DNA of 62,481 bases, filler included, from Choristocarpus tenellus KU-1152 (Eukaryota > Protista > Phaeophyceae), in NCBI GenBank assembly GCA_964200185.2. It is 14 parts of 14 records of this genome, joined end to end, with 100 filler letters (N's around TTAATTAATTAA, not from the genome) between each part and the next. Parts side by side here need not be neighbours in the genome. Positions count along the whole stretch, not along the records: positions 10,296 to 13,019 come from CAXNAD020025290.1; positions 13,120 to 15,701 come from CAXNAD020026567.1; positions 15,802 to 18,321 come from CAXNAD020027120.1; positions 18,422 to 21,020 come from CAXNAD020026398.1; positions 21,121 to 28,515 come from CAXNAD020006220.1; 9 more parts are not named here. One strand, 5' to 3'. The translations under genes were made by a program, and so were the position numbers. Below the pieces are notes generated by a model. That model did no database searches, was not told where the DNA came from, and worked only from the letters and a program-made list of their open reading frames with translations. How positions within the stretch are numbered: the first letter of the stretch is position 1; each line of letters starts with the position of its first letter. Positions 11,837-24,889 of this stretch are shown one piece after another.

Positions 11837-14560
11837 TGAACAATTTACAGACGAAGACAAATAGGAGCCGATAGAACCTGACTGTTGTGAGCTTATGCCT
11901 CGGCAGAACAAAGTGATGTGTGCTGAGGTGTAGTGAAGTGCACAGGGGAACCTTCCTCTCTTCAGGAACCCCCACTGTCCTTGGGGAACCCCCACTGTCA
12001 TATTTTTTTCACTTCTTCAAACGAAGGATAGGGTTTACATTTTTCATATCAGGTTAGGGTTAGGATTAGACTCTCCAAAATGAGTGTGAGAAAGAGAAAA
12101 GAGGTGGATTCTTGAGAGGTTGTAGTTCTCCAGGGCACACTCTTCCACCACTTCTTCTAGAACGTTTCTTTGGTTGGTTAGGGATATATTTCATACATAA
12201 TTTAGGGTTAGGGTTATAGATACGGTTAGGGGTTTTTTGAAAATCGTAGTGCAAGAAAATTACAGTGGGTTTTCCCTGTATACTGCAGTAGGCAACAATG
12301 AAGCTCACTGAATCATGGGCTGATATCTCACACTTTTCAGAGTGTGAACGAGAGGGAGAGATGCCCAAATCTAGGTATATGCTCAGCCTAAGCTACGTGG
12401 GAAATGGAGACTTTTCCAAAGCCGTGATCAAATTGGATTATTCAAAGTCAGCAATTAAACCAAGAGATTCACCTCCAGGATTCCAAACCCAGGCGTACGA
12501 GAGCTTTTTGTGAAGTACGGGAGGAGGGCAGGGCAAAGGGATCAGGTTGGGCGGTCAGCAGTTTGTGGACTCTTGTCCAAGTCTAACCCATTAGGGCGGG
12601 CCACACTTCTGTGCCTCTTCTTCAAAACATACATAAATACACAAGGCTCTCAGACATCACAAAAAGGAAAAGCGTCCAATAGTGGGGAAGAGAGCATGCA
12701 AATAAGATCACCTCAAAAACATGTCATCTCCTGTGGGGCCCCTCACCTCAAAGTGCTCCGAGCATTTTTCACTCGTAATAAATCGAGTACACTATAAGAA
12801 TTTGACAGTAAATAACAAGTGTATACTGTACTCACCAGACATTCCGATTCATAACTCTAAACATCACAGCTGCAGTTGTGTTGTGTTGTGTTGTGTTGTG
12901 TTGTATTGTGTTGTATTGTTGTTATTGCGTTGACCAAGATGGCTCAAAGTATCTGGGGGGGGGGATGGCGGCTGTCCATTTGGGATCAATTTTTCATGTC
13001 GCGATTTTTGTGTGATTTGNNNNNNNNNNNNNNNNNNNNNNNNNNNNNNNNNNNNNNNNNNNNTTAATTAATTAANNNNNNNNNNNNNNNNNNNNNNNNN
13101 NNNNNNNNNNNNNNNNNNNCCAAACAAGGGGAGAGATAAGTGAAATTTATCCAGAGCCCCCCCGAAACGGGGGTTTAAGAGTTGAGGGTCCCCCCCCCCC
13201 CCCCCCCCCTCCCTCAAGCCTTTCTGAACCTCCCGGTCGTTTAATACATGCACTTCTTTCTCAAGAGAGTTAGCGGGAATTCTTAATACATACAGTGCAC
13301 AATCGATCATCAGGAGAAAATGATGGGGTTCAAAAAGCTTGTGATGACAGTTTTACTTCAACCTTCTGAATAGCAATCCCCAGAGAATGCCCGCCTGTAT
13401 ATCTGGAATCCCATAGAAATGGATTAAAAAGATCTCAAGGGGTGTACGGGGAAGGAGATTAGGTGAAAGCTCATAGCTCATGCCCTTAAAAATAGATATC
13501 TGAATATTTGCACATACTCATTGTATGCAGCAGAACTGGGTTTTTTGTTATCCTGTAGTGAGTGAACTCAATAGCCCTTGAAAAACACAGCCACTGGTGA
13601 TGGTGTCTTACTAGTGGTCTCTGTGTTTTTTGGGATGCTTTTTGTCTCAACTAAAACATTATTAGCAAAACGGTATCAACAACGAGGTATTTTGCACTAT
13701 TTTTCAACTCCTGTATATTTAAAACTGTGGACTTTTGACTTTTTTTGATTGGGTCAAAGACTGCAGTTGGAGGAAGGTCATCACACTCTCTTGGTTCCAG
13801 CTGTTTTACATGCTTCAAGACACCCCCATGTCCTCCGTGGACCTTTGTAGGTGGATCTGATTGTGCTGCCCCTCACCAGCATCCCCCTTGTGGGCTTCTG
13901 GAAGCTCATCCCAACTTTTGGCGGGTGCGTCTGCACGAAGGGCTCCATTGCCCTGAACAACGATGTCCTTGAGGTGAGGCATACCCTGAGCCCTTGACAA
14001 CCTTTAGCAATCTTCTTAGGCCGCTAGCCTTGATTTGTGCCCCAATTCTGCGACCCTAACCCTAAGACCAAAAAACATACCTGGGAGAAGGATTGGGAGA
14101 GAAGGGGGCTCACGTACATACCGTGGATATTTTTGGAGAGAGAGATTCGCAGGGGGGAGAGGGTAACACTCGTTTTGAATGCGCAGGGATGGATTCGCAA
14201 TTAATTAAGCAGCTTGAGTGGAGAGGGTTAGGTACCTGATCAGCATTATGTGGTAGTCGACTACTCCAGTGATGGAAAACAGCGACCGGCAGACCTGCTT
14301 GGGAAGGACTCGATAGATTGTTGATAGATTGTTGATAGATTATTGAAGTGGTAACATCTTGTTCGAAGTTTCAAGTTTTTTTTTTTCAATTTTTATTTTC
14401 TAAGTCCCCTCCTTTCACGTGCGTTAGTTAGCCGTAAGTCTTGACAATTTTTTTATTTATATATGTTGCTTTTTTACCTGTTTTATACAACCACACTTTT
14501 TGGGCCCCGCTTTGTTTCTAGTATTGTATAGCGCAATGTAATCGCAAAAGCAACAGATAT

Positions 14561-14592
<32 letters not shown>

Positions 14593-14663
14593 TATGTAGT
14601 ATTATAATTATTGTTTACATAGTCTCTTTTCTTCTACTTTTTTCTTCCTCCCTCTGTCAAAAG

Positions 14664-15571
14664 GTGGAGGTGGGTTCCACCAAGCTCAAGGCTGTGAGAG
14701 ATGTACCCCTTCTCCCCCTGGCTGACAAACTCTTTGACGGGAAGGTGTTTCCCACGGGGGATGTAGTGAAGAAGGTGAGATGCTTTGTAAGAAGGGAGTA
14801 ATGACCCTGAAATGCAATTCCACCCGAGAACACCCTTCATATTTATCTCGTGTGTATAGGGGGTTGGGGGCGGGGGGCAGCACTAGACAAGCTGTACTTC
14901 TAGGGTTAATCAGTTAAGCCTATGTGATCAATCCCCACAAGTTTGTTCAGTTGTTATCCTAACACGCTCCACATAAGGCTGTGTTTTGAGGATGACATGG
15001 GCGGCCTCAATGACAAGACGATTCGTTTGATGTACATCAATCGATATGTGCAAAGTCTGTTAAAAAAAAACAACTAGGATATACTGATGACTAGACGGCT
15101 TCGTATCGCAGTAAGTGCTTTACTCATTATTGTAGTGGTATCAATCACTTCAAGGATGACCTTTGTTGCACCATACCTCTTGACCAAGAACGAATTATTC
15201 CATGAGAGTGGGGGCCTGATGTGTTTGTATGTTGATCCTCTATGATACCTCATTTGCCTTGTGATTATTGCTTTTTTCCTTCAACAAAATCCATAAAAAA
15301 GTTAAAGACATTTGGACGTCCGTCCGTCCGTCCGTTCCCCCTGGGGCGGGGCGGGGGGGGGGAGGTGTTCCCCCTGCTGTAGCTCCTCATAGAGAACGAA
15401 TTTTTCCGTGAAAGTGATTGGGATGTGTTAAAGAGGATACTTATGTTTCGGTACCCACCACCAAGGGGCTGGAGAGGTGGGTGTCGAGGTGGAATAATAA
15501 TATGACAAGATGATGTTGTGGGTCCATATCCGTCTTCCTATTTCTCAGGTGCGACAACGAAGGATTGACCG
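14664..15571 (+). CDS. Partial multi-exon gene, unknown protein
   Basis: Exons 14664-14774, 15383-15450 and 15549-15571 have canonical AG/GT borders and compatible phases, giving VEVGSTKLKAVRDVPLLPLADKLFDGKVFPTGDVVKK-LLIENEFFRESDWDVLKRILMFR-CDNEGLT. Family not recognised. Confidence 0.6.
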
Positions 15572-16304
15572 GTAAACAATACATCAAATGAAAGAGAGTG
15601 ATCTCAGCTTCTGAAATACGCGATCAAGTTGGGGGGGTTGGGTGGGGGGGGGAGTTGTGTTCGGGGTTGTTTGTTTTTAAAATGAAAGAGCTTTTGAAAT
15701 TNNNNNNNNNNNNNNNNNNNNNNNNNNNNNNNNNNNNNNNNNNNNTTAATTAATTAANNNNNNNNNNNNNNNNNNNNNNNNNNNNNNNNNNNNNNNNNNN
15801 NCAGTCAATTTTTGGTCAAGCCCATCCTCAATGAAAAGCTCCATCCTCAATTTTTGAAATGGGCTGTTATAGCCTTAAACTTCAAATTGTCCAAGAGGGA
15901 ATTCTGAACTACAAATGAAGGTGAAAAAAGGCCAGGGTTCTGCCAGACAACATAACAACAAACCACATTTTGACCCAACTATTCCCTGAATAATGTACTT
16001 AATATAATGCTGTTATATAGGAAGAAAGGAAGGTGGGGGGGTCTGGTTATCGTTGCGAATTTTTTACGGCTTTGGGTCCAGCAACAGCTACTAATGTCTT
16101 TATTATTGTTTTCAATTTAGTCTGGGGACTATCTTGACCCATGATCAGAGGCAACTGCGCACTACACAACTTCTCAAACTAACTACTCTGGACTACTCTA
16201 ACTAAATGTTTTGAAATGCACTGCGATTAATTGCTTTGCCCCTGTTCATGCCTTGCTTCTCAAGCGTTGGGTTTAGTCATTCAATCGTACCCTCTGTCCT
16301 CTCT

Positions 16305-16482
16305 GGCTCAAATATCTGAGGGAGGGTGGCGGCTGTCCATTTTGGTTCAATTTTTCATATCGCGATTTTTTGAGTGATTTGGTTGCATACGTCGGATGGA
16401 TAATGTGAATGAACTTTTCCCAATTTTGACCCAAATGGGCACCCTGGTGAAGACCCCCCCCCCCGCTCGGATAGTTTGGGTC
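16305..16482. mobile_element. MITE family B, full length (178 bp)
   Basis: GGCTCAAATATCTGAGGGAGGG..GTCCATTT ... CGGATAGTTTGGGTC; homologous to 17503-17680 and 40849-41026. Confidence 0.85.
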
Positions 16483-17022
16483 CCTCCCAAATATTGTGCT
16501 GGGCTTGCCTTGGCATCGTTTGACAAGGAAGCCTTGCCACCTTGTTCCTGGTCTGGCGTTTTGGTTGTATCAGGATAGATAAAATATTAAAGGTGTACAA
16601 TCAAAATAAAAGGGGGTGCGAAATAAGGCGTAATATTCGGTCATCAATTTCGCAATGTTTAGAAGTATTCTCCAAAGGACCCCAACATAGCAATCTCTTC
16701 CTTTCAAAGAACTTAACGGACCATACCATCAAAACGGTGATGGTATACTTCAACCAGGAGCTGAAACAAGTATAGTTCCCATATTTTTCTAGATAACTTA
16801 GTACAACTTTTTACTTACTAAATATTATTAAACCTTGACCAAAATTCCAGAGTGGTGTTCAGTGCACTGTTTCATTTTGCAATTACAATTAGTAATGTTC
16901 TTCCAACAAAATTAGGGATAAGAAACGACGCTGCACCTCTTTCGATTTAACCTCTGAAAAAGTAAAAGAATTGCTCGCACCTATTGTTCGCGTCCCCTCC
17001 CCATTGCTCATCGCGTTGAATT

Positions 17023-17281
17023 GAGTGAAAGTATCTTAGAGGGTACGGGTTTTGCCCTGTTTGTCCATTTGGGGCTTGGCTTCCCATGGGGTTTTTGTTA
17101 TATTTTTCCTGCTCCGAAATGTTCCGGAGTAGGTAATATGTATATGTTATGAAATGGTTTGTCCGGAACAAGGATACTGACACTTCCTAACAAATACGAC
17201 GGATAAAATGACATGGAAATCGCAACATTGGATTTCGGCCCCCGAATGGACGCGGCCCTACCCTCTAAGATACTTTGACCC
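17023..17281. mobile_element. MITE family A, full length (259 bp)
   Basis: Both TIRs present; perfect 4-bp flanking duplication AATT (17019-17022, 17282-17285). Confidence 0.92.
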
Positions 17282-17502
17282 AATTCGGGATTCTAATACT
17301 GGAAACAAGATTTCGTGATGATACGAAAAACATCATCAGTGGGCATAATACTGTATGACCCTTATTACTCTGCTTCTACATCTCGTTCACGATGCCAGGT
17401 TGGAAGTTTCAGCTATGTGTGTCTCATTAGTGTAGATTTCTTGATATCTTCTCTTCAGATGTATTACAACTCTGGTTGACGTATCAGGAGGCCTTCACTG
17501 TA

Positions 17503-17680
17503 GGCTCAAAGTACCTAGAGGGGGAGGGGGTCTACAAAAGGGTGTCCATTCGAGCCCTTACCAGGAAAAGTACACTTACATTACAAGTCCGACACGTCTA
17601 ACTAACTCACCTAAAAATCGCGACATGGAAAAATAGGCCCCAATTGGACAGCCGCCACCCACCCTCATATACTTTGACCC
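17503..17680. mobile_element. MITE family B, full length (178 bp)
   Basis: GGCTCAAAGTA ... TACTTTGACCC; perfect 4-bp flanking duplication TGTA (17499-17502, 17681-17684). Confidence 0.9.
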
Positions 17681-18421
17681 TGTAAGCACTGTAGACCGTG
17701 TTTTTGTTGTGCTTGTTGTATTCTTTTCCTTACATATTTCTTCTTGTTCCCCCCGTGACATCTGGAAAATGTTAGTGGGCAGTACAATATATATAATGAA
17801 AGTAGTACACCTTCACGATAGAATGCTTGGAGGGCGTCTTAATATACAACCAAAGAAACCTCCTGGATGAGCTGGCGACTCATCATGTAGTGTTACAGCA
17901 CGCTCCAGAAGCTTACCTCCACAGGATGTATAGCTCCAATCTACGGGCCTATCTACGATACTGATGCACATATAGGACTCCTGATGCACAAGTCGTCAAG
18001 TATGCTGGATTTCTCAGTTGGATTATCATCAGTATCGTCACATAAAGAAAGGAACTGGTCAACAATGTTTTATCACAATCGGGGACCATAATGACCAAAT
18101 AATAAATGAATAGTCAAGGAGTAAAAATATATCAAATCTAGGACTTCAAGGTCATAATGGTGTTTATGAAACCGCCATCAAAACATATCGCCTGTAACAT
18201 GCCCCCCTAGCATGAACCATAAGTGCTTCAATGCGATAAACAGGCGATTGGACAAGGAAATATAATGACACTCCTCATCCTATCATGAACGCAACAGAAA
18301 TGAAATGAATGTCACTTCCAGNNNNNNNNNNNNNNNNNNNNNNNNNNNNNNNNNNNNNNNNNNNNTTAATTAATTAANNNNNNNNNNNNNNNNNNNNNNN
18401 NNNNNNNNNNNNNNNNNNNNN

Positions 18422-20650
18422 CGTGGGTGAGCCTGTCCCGGGGGTTGTAGTCACCGAGCCCCAGTTGCCCATACGTATTCATTCCGGTGGGAAGGCAGTG
18501 GTTGTTGCCCTTTGATACCACGAGTGCATGGTATTCCCCACAACCAATGGCCTACGAGCAATCAACAAACAGGGACACGTGAAGAACATAGCATCAGAAA
18601 AATGAGAGTTCTCTTGGAGACTGGTTACGCTTGGGAATCATTCAATCAAGATCAACGTATTTGGCCATAGATGGAAGCTCTGCTGGTGAGTCAAATGTCA
18701 GTCTCATTTGCCTCTTTGGTCAAGCATATGTGCTTTGTTGATGGGCCATGATGATCAAAAACGTTTGCGCACACATAGTGGTACACGCATGTGAAATCTT
18801 GTGTAGGGGCTGGGTGCAGGTAGTGCATTCGATGCGCAAGCTAGCAGGAGTGGCCGTGAAAATTGACAATTGCACTCCACATTCAACTGCTACTACCAGG
18901 AGCAACTCCATGAAGTACGAAGAATTACTCTGGCATGTGGAACGTCACTGATAGGTCAAGATCACCAGCTCGCACAGAGACTCCTCCAGTGACTGCGGGT
19001 AATGTCCCATTCAAGCAAGACACCACATCTGTTTTTCCAATAGTGCAAGAGATTGATCTGAACATTGTAGATGTACACAAATTCAACCACAAAGAGTCGT
19101 GCCTCACACTTGATAAGGACATTGCCATGTGCTTGTTTAGAAGTACTTGGTCCAGGTGACGGGTCTACTCTCCAGCACAAATTCAGTCTTAGAGTAATCA
19201 AACCAGGAAGACGAGACAAAAAATGGGAGACATATACTCTGTTTTCATCACAAGCATATTTGCGTGAGATACTCACTTTGACATCATGCATCTTTTCCTC
19301 CCCCCTGTCACAGCTATCCCAGAACATGCGTTCTGGTGTGAGGTGATCCCTCAGGATTCCCTCCAAGTTATAGGCTGTGTCTTCCTTCATGGCACACACA
19401 CTCCGCCCGAGCTCTCCCTGCTCTCCCAGGCCCCAGCTGTACAATCCGCCCTGGCAGGGTTATGTGAGTCGAGAGTTTAGGGAGAGGCACCAGGTGAGCT
19501 GGCAGGGTGAAATGGAGTGTGGAGAGACAGGTGATGCGGGAAAGAGACCTTGTGATTGATAAGTGTGGCTTTGACATGAAATGCCTCACAGCAGAGGGGC
19601 ATGCAGATTGGAGGCCCCAACAAGTGGACCGACCAAAATCCAGAGCCACAAATATTCCAGCCTCCTGGCTTAGCCTTCCTCTCCTCTCTATCCCAGCTTT
19701 AGGTATGGCAATGGCGAATATGCTTCAATGCATTACTTGGCATCTTGCCTTTCGTGGTCAGGGCACCAGCCATGGTCAAAGGACCAAAGTTTGTGGATGG
19801 CGTATTTGAGGAGTTCTAGGACAAAGGGATGGGCTATGAGAAGGCACTCACCACGATACCGTCGTTGGTCAGTGAGTGCTAGGATGTCATCAGCCCCCAC
19901 TACACCCACCCTCCCTCTCCCAAACCACAAAAACACCTTCCTTGTAGGGCAATACTGTGGAAAAGAGTCCTGCTCATGAATGAAGACGATAAGCCAGGGT
20001 TCATCAGTTCGCCATCTACTCAGACCACACTAGGAGAGAGATTTCTCATTGGCCAGACACTACAAAGCATATTTCACTACCGCTGCGCAGCAAATCAAGT
20101 TATACCTCTTTTGACACATTGGCACAACACACCATGCATTATGTGAAGGCTCCACAGTTAAATGTCATCTCCCCCTGAACTTTCAAAACCTCCACACTAC
20201 GCATAACGCTAAGGGCACACTTCCATATTGAGGACATCGCACAAAGCAGTATGCGCATGTAAGTGGCAAATGTGCACATGTCGAGAGCATTACCATATCA
20301 TGTGCCTGTTCCACACCCACCTCCTCTGTAAGTGCCAGGTTGAAGCATGCACCGCACTGCATCTCTGCCACCTTACCCGTGAAACCCATGATCTGGACAA
20401 ACATTGGATTGCACCAGTGCATTGGGATAACAATTTTCAACACAACAATGAAAAATGATGGATACTGAGAAAATATATTCTCCCCAACGTAATCCTGTGC
20501 TTTTGCACATGTGCTATCAACCACACAAGCAGGTTTTTCTGACAAGAGCCAAGGTGGTTAGCATTATCTCACCTGGGTGGGGCTGTTGGAGAATCCCTTA
20601 CAACCCTCCGGACCTGCACCAACTGGGGGCTGACACCACATATTTCCCCC
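18422..20650 (-). CDS. RCC1-repeat (regulator of chromosome condensation-like) protein, internal fragment
   Basis: Four phase-0 exons 20650-20573, 20392-20321, 19450-19277 and 18551-18422 join to ...KVAEMQCGACFNLALTEE-GGLYSWGLGEQGELGR...DVK-AIGCGEYHALVV..TGMNTYGQLGLGD, which are canonical RCC1 repeats. Both ends lie off the contig. Confidence 0.9.
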
Positions 20651-21120
20651 CTGCAGGTGTTAACAAATAGTGAATTTTGCCATAACATTGATGCACAAGA
20701 ACATACACACAGGGGCCGCATGTCAGACAAGTGATAAGATGAACACAAGGCCCTCTTGTGTCACTCAGGTGCTTACGTGAAGGACTTTACCACATTACCA
20801 GCAGAGAGCCAGTTGAAGAGAGATATCTCCTCCTCCACCCTCCTCTGGGGACAGAGTATATATTTGCATCTCTAGACATTGGACTCAAGGATGCCTCCAG
20901 TCATCTCTAGGTTATATTTCTGGTCAAAGACATGTGTATACTGTTGGCAAGTAACGCCTCTGAACGTGCACAGTGAGGGCTAGCACTGCGCTCTCTTCTT
21001 CTCTCACCTTATCTCTGTGANNNNNNNNNNNNNNNNNNNNNNNNNNNNNNNNNNNNNNNNNNNNTTAATTAATTAANNNNNNNNNNNNNNNNNNNNNNNN
21101 NNNNNNNNNNNNNNNNNNNN

Positions 21121-21318
21121 GGTGGGGGGCGGGGGGGTGGTCTTAAGGGTCTACACCTGGGTGTCCATTTGGCCCAAAAGCAGGAAAAGTGCATTTACAT
21201 TATCCGTCCGACGTATGGAATATAATCACCCAGAAATCACGACATGAAAAAATGGACCCCAAATGGACAGCTACCACCTCCCCCCGCCACCTCCCCCCCC
21301 CCACAGATACTTTGAGCC
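21121..21318. mobile_element. MITE family B at contig start
   Basis: GTCTACACCTGGGTGTCCATTTGG ... CAGATACTTTGAGCC. Confidence 0.85.
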
Positions 21319-21475
21319 AAGTACAGTACAGAAAAAGTGCAAGTATGGTGCAGTAATGTTCAGTGCCAGTATTGCACAAAGAAACACAAAGATGGTACAG
21401 TACAGCGCAGTGAAGTATGTTGTGTGTAAGTACGGCATGATAATTACGAGAACGGCAACAGTGAATCACATCGCA

Positions 21476-21476
<1 letters not shown>

Positions 21477-21509
<33 letters not shown>

Positions 21510-21510
21510 A
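21477..21510. repeat. (AAT)n microsatellite
   Basis: Direct reading. Confidence 0.9.
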
Positions 21511-21590
21511 ATACAGGAAAGTTAAAGTGTTACATCTACAGTAGAGCACAGGGCAAGAACACATACAGTACCATGATAAAGTACAGTACC

Positions 21591-21667
21591 GGTTAGTACA
21601 GGAAGAGGTACAGGTTAGTACAGGAAGAGGTACAGGTTAGTACAGCAAGAGGTACAGGTTAGTACAG
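21591..21667. repeat. 22-bp minisatellite, ~3.5 copies
   Basis: Unit GGTTAGTACAGGAAGAGGTACA. Confidence 0.9.
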
Positions 21668-24600
21668 TACAGAGTACACTTCGGAACCACGGGGCCGAGG
21701 CAGAGTGTGAACAAAATCAAATAGTGTGAACAAAATCAAATCTCACAAGAAACGAGCATTATTCTGAAAATATCAAGGGACCTTTCTATGAAAAGACAAT
21801 CAATACGTGTATCCATGCACCAATTCTACAGACCACGCTGACCAACCAGGACCTGTTCACCCTAAAACATTCCGATGCATTACCAATGCTACCCTTGACC
21901 TTCAATGTTCCTGAAAACAAAAGCAAAACTCGGTGACATGCTTCAGGCCCACCCCAGGCAGAACAAGAAAACCATGCACGGAACAGGGGGTGGAGCAGAG
22001 GGGGAAGGGGCAACAGCAGGGACATTCCATTCAAATTAACCTTTCGGGTGCGACTCCTCTTTCGTTCAAGCTCCTCCCCATCTGCCTTCATTGCCCTCTT
22101 GTTCCTGAACTTTTGCATCTTCTCCTCGAGCTGTAGGGGTTAGGGATCAGGAATGGTAATAGTTGGGGGCAATATCAAGTTAGGATTCATGTCGTCAACA
22201 GGTGAGTTCAGAAATACATATGCACAGAATAATAAAAAAATGCAATACATCAAATTAATAATACAATGTAATACACCAAACGATAACACAATATACACCC
22301 AATTAATAAAATATAAAGCACCTGTCAAAATAATACCATGTACTACACCAATACTATGCAATACTACTACCATAAATTAGTGGGCATATTTTTATACTAG
22401 TATGTAGAGAGAGGTAGCCTTGCATAATTATACCAACACCTCATCAATTGTTTCTTCCAGTACAGTACCACAGGAAACCAATTGTACAACTCACCACCAC
22501 ACACGAGTGCTTGCATGTCCTCGCTTACATCTTACCAAAGGATTTCTACGTGAATGTCGAGGCTTTCTTGTCACTACACCAACACTCTCAACTCATCATG
22601 CCAGCAAAAACTTTTTGTTCTATCATTTAACAATATAATAGTAACAACAGGTGATTCACTGTCCCCCCAGCACCAGCACCATCAAGGGCAACAATAACTA
22701 AACTATTTTCCCCCTGTATAGTACAGTAGTCCAATAAGATAGAACCAATGAAAAAAAAGAATAAAAAAACAGTGGATCGCATATCCTTGCACTTTTTTTT
22801 GTGCCATTGATTGAAGTGGTGTTTGTGAACCAATCTTTGAACACTGATGAGATTAGGGTTCTGGGCTTTTGCTGAACAAAAATGAGCAAACTCAACTGTT
22901 GCTATTCTGAAAAAAAGTTGTTGAACATTAGATTTCAGTAGGCAGAGAGATATCATGGGGACAACATAACCACCATAGGAGGTGCTAATGGGATAAGGTA
23001 ATCTCAACATGATATTCCCAGTTCCTCAGAGTAATATCCGCTCACGAAACAATCATACGAATTTATTTTGGAGCTGTTGTGCACGACCAACTTATTTTGG
23101 GGAGGTCTGTGTGCCAACAATAAAGAGGTACTTTGCAAATATGCTATGTCTCAAATGCTTGTTAGACAAGGCTTTGCGTTGGACTTATCACGCTAACTCC
23201 CTCCCTATGTAGTGGTTCTGGGTTCAGGATGCATAAAGATATTGCAAGAGGCATCAAGCGTCTACAGTCTGCCATTATACATAGTTGACATGCCTATCTT
23301 AGGTGCTGAAACACAAAACAAGAGCTCGGGGTCAACCAGAGCATAAAACGACCTCACCAGTTCCCTATCAACAAAATGGCAACAACAGTTCCAGCTACTC
23401 AACAGAAGATTAAACGCGAGATGTGACCACTCCCTCCTGTTCTCACTCCATAGCATGATATCATGTGAAAGAGAGGACTTGCTCAGTGTGAAGAACTCAG
23501 TGACGAAGGTCAAGGCCAAAGCCAACACAGTGAAATCGACGCTGAAGAGGTTCACTATGGGTGGGAGGGCTAGAGCGCTCAGGGAGCTCAGTTAAACTTA
23601 GAGACCCCTGGGCCCTTCCTTCCCTAGCCGGCTCCCTCGTTCAAAGTCTATAACGATATCTCTTGTGCAAGTTATTCTATCAGCTGCAGTCCAAGACTGC
23701 AACGAGACCAATCCTGCCCATCATTCGATATTTAACATCAATTGGCGCTTACAGTACCTCAACTCTTCCTTAAGCACGCTGAAATGGGGAAAAATGTGCG
23801 ATGTGGAGTGTTGTGGCGTATATTGGGACGGCCAATCAATCCTTCGTCATTTTCTTGTTCAAATTGCCATCACCTCGGGGGGTCGCTCTGTTGCCACTCG
23901 GTCCCCCATCTTCATCCCCTTGGTACGACCCCACAAGGACTCGACTTCCCCTGCTCCTTCCTCGCCTCTCCGTCTGGATCCATGGTCGGCGGTGAGCACA
24001 AGATTGGAGTTCTGACCAGCAAAAAGGCGACAGGTTGTGGAGAATAAGCGTAGGAACAAGTATGATCGAGAGATAGGAGGTGGAGGATCAGGGAGAGTCG
24101 CGCCTTAGACAACGAGAGAATTCCCCCAAAAAAATAAACCAAGGTTTAAGGTGCAGAATGAAGGGCGAGAGAGTTGCGGGGGGTAGAAGGCAGAGCGATT
24201 GGTACGAGGCATGGAGTCTTGACCAAAATGGCAACAAGCTTACAAGTGGACGGGCAGACAAGGTCCCTGACCTACAATGGTTGTGTGAGATCTTGCCAAA
24301 GAAGAAATTCTGAGACAACTATCTGTGCTCAATAAAAGAAGAGTGCTGGTAGGAGGTCAGCACAAACGAGTCACCACAACATATCGAGGTTAAGGACCTG
24401 GCTGGGATCAACAGTGGATCCTGATATCGTGGCAAAGACCAAGTGTCATCGTGCCTAAGTCATGGTGGCCAATGTCTTTTTCATCGACTCACTTACCGCC
24501 TTGTACTCGAAGATTTTGTTTCTCACGGCATCCTCAGCCATGGTTGTGGTCGACCCAACCGTACAAAGATGCTAGTTCGCTCAGCCCCTTCAATTGCAAC

Positions 24601-24889
24601 TAATCTCTAGAGGTAGCACCAGCCACCTCACCCACACAGTTATCTCCTCAAAATAGAGGATCTTCGACCTTTCGTCAAGTCGTAGTGGTACGTGTAGGGG
24701 GAACAATGACAAGGAAGACCTTGGACACTGGGTGTAAAGGTTGGATTGCGACATCTCAACACCAATGTACCTTCCCTAACCCTCATCGGCTTCTTTCCCT
24801 AACCCTAATTAATGTATCATGTTTGTTTGATATCAAACGGGCAAGTTAGTTGTTTGATCGTAATAGGTAGATAGAGCAGAGGCGCGAGA

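Noticed and set aside
10500-12375. Exon-like blocks in contig 4 (e.g. RLTIKIHGTDYFLEQKNNYLECVE, faintly pepsin-like)
   Set aside because: I could not build a phase-consistent model or find catalytic DTG/DSG motifs.
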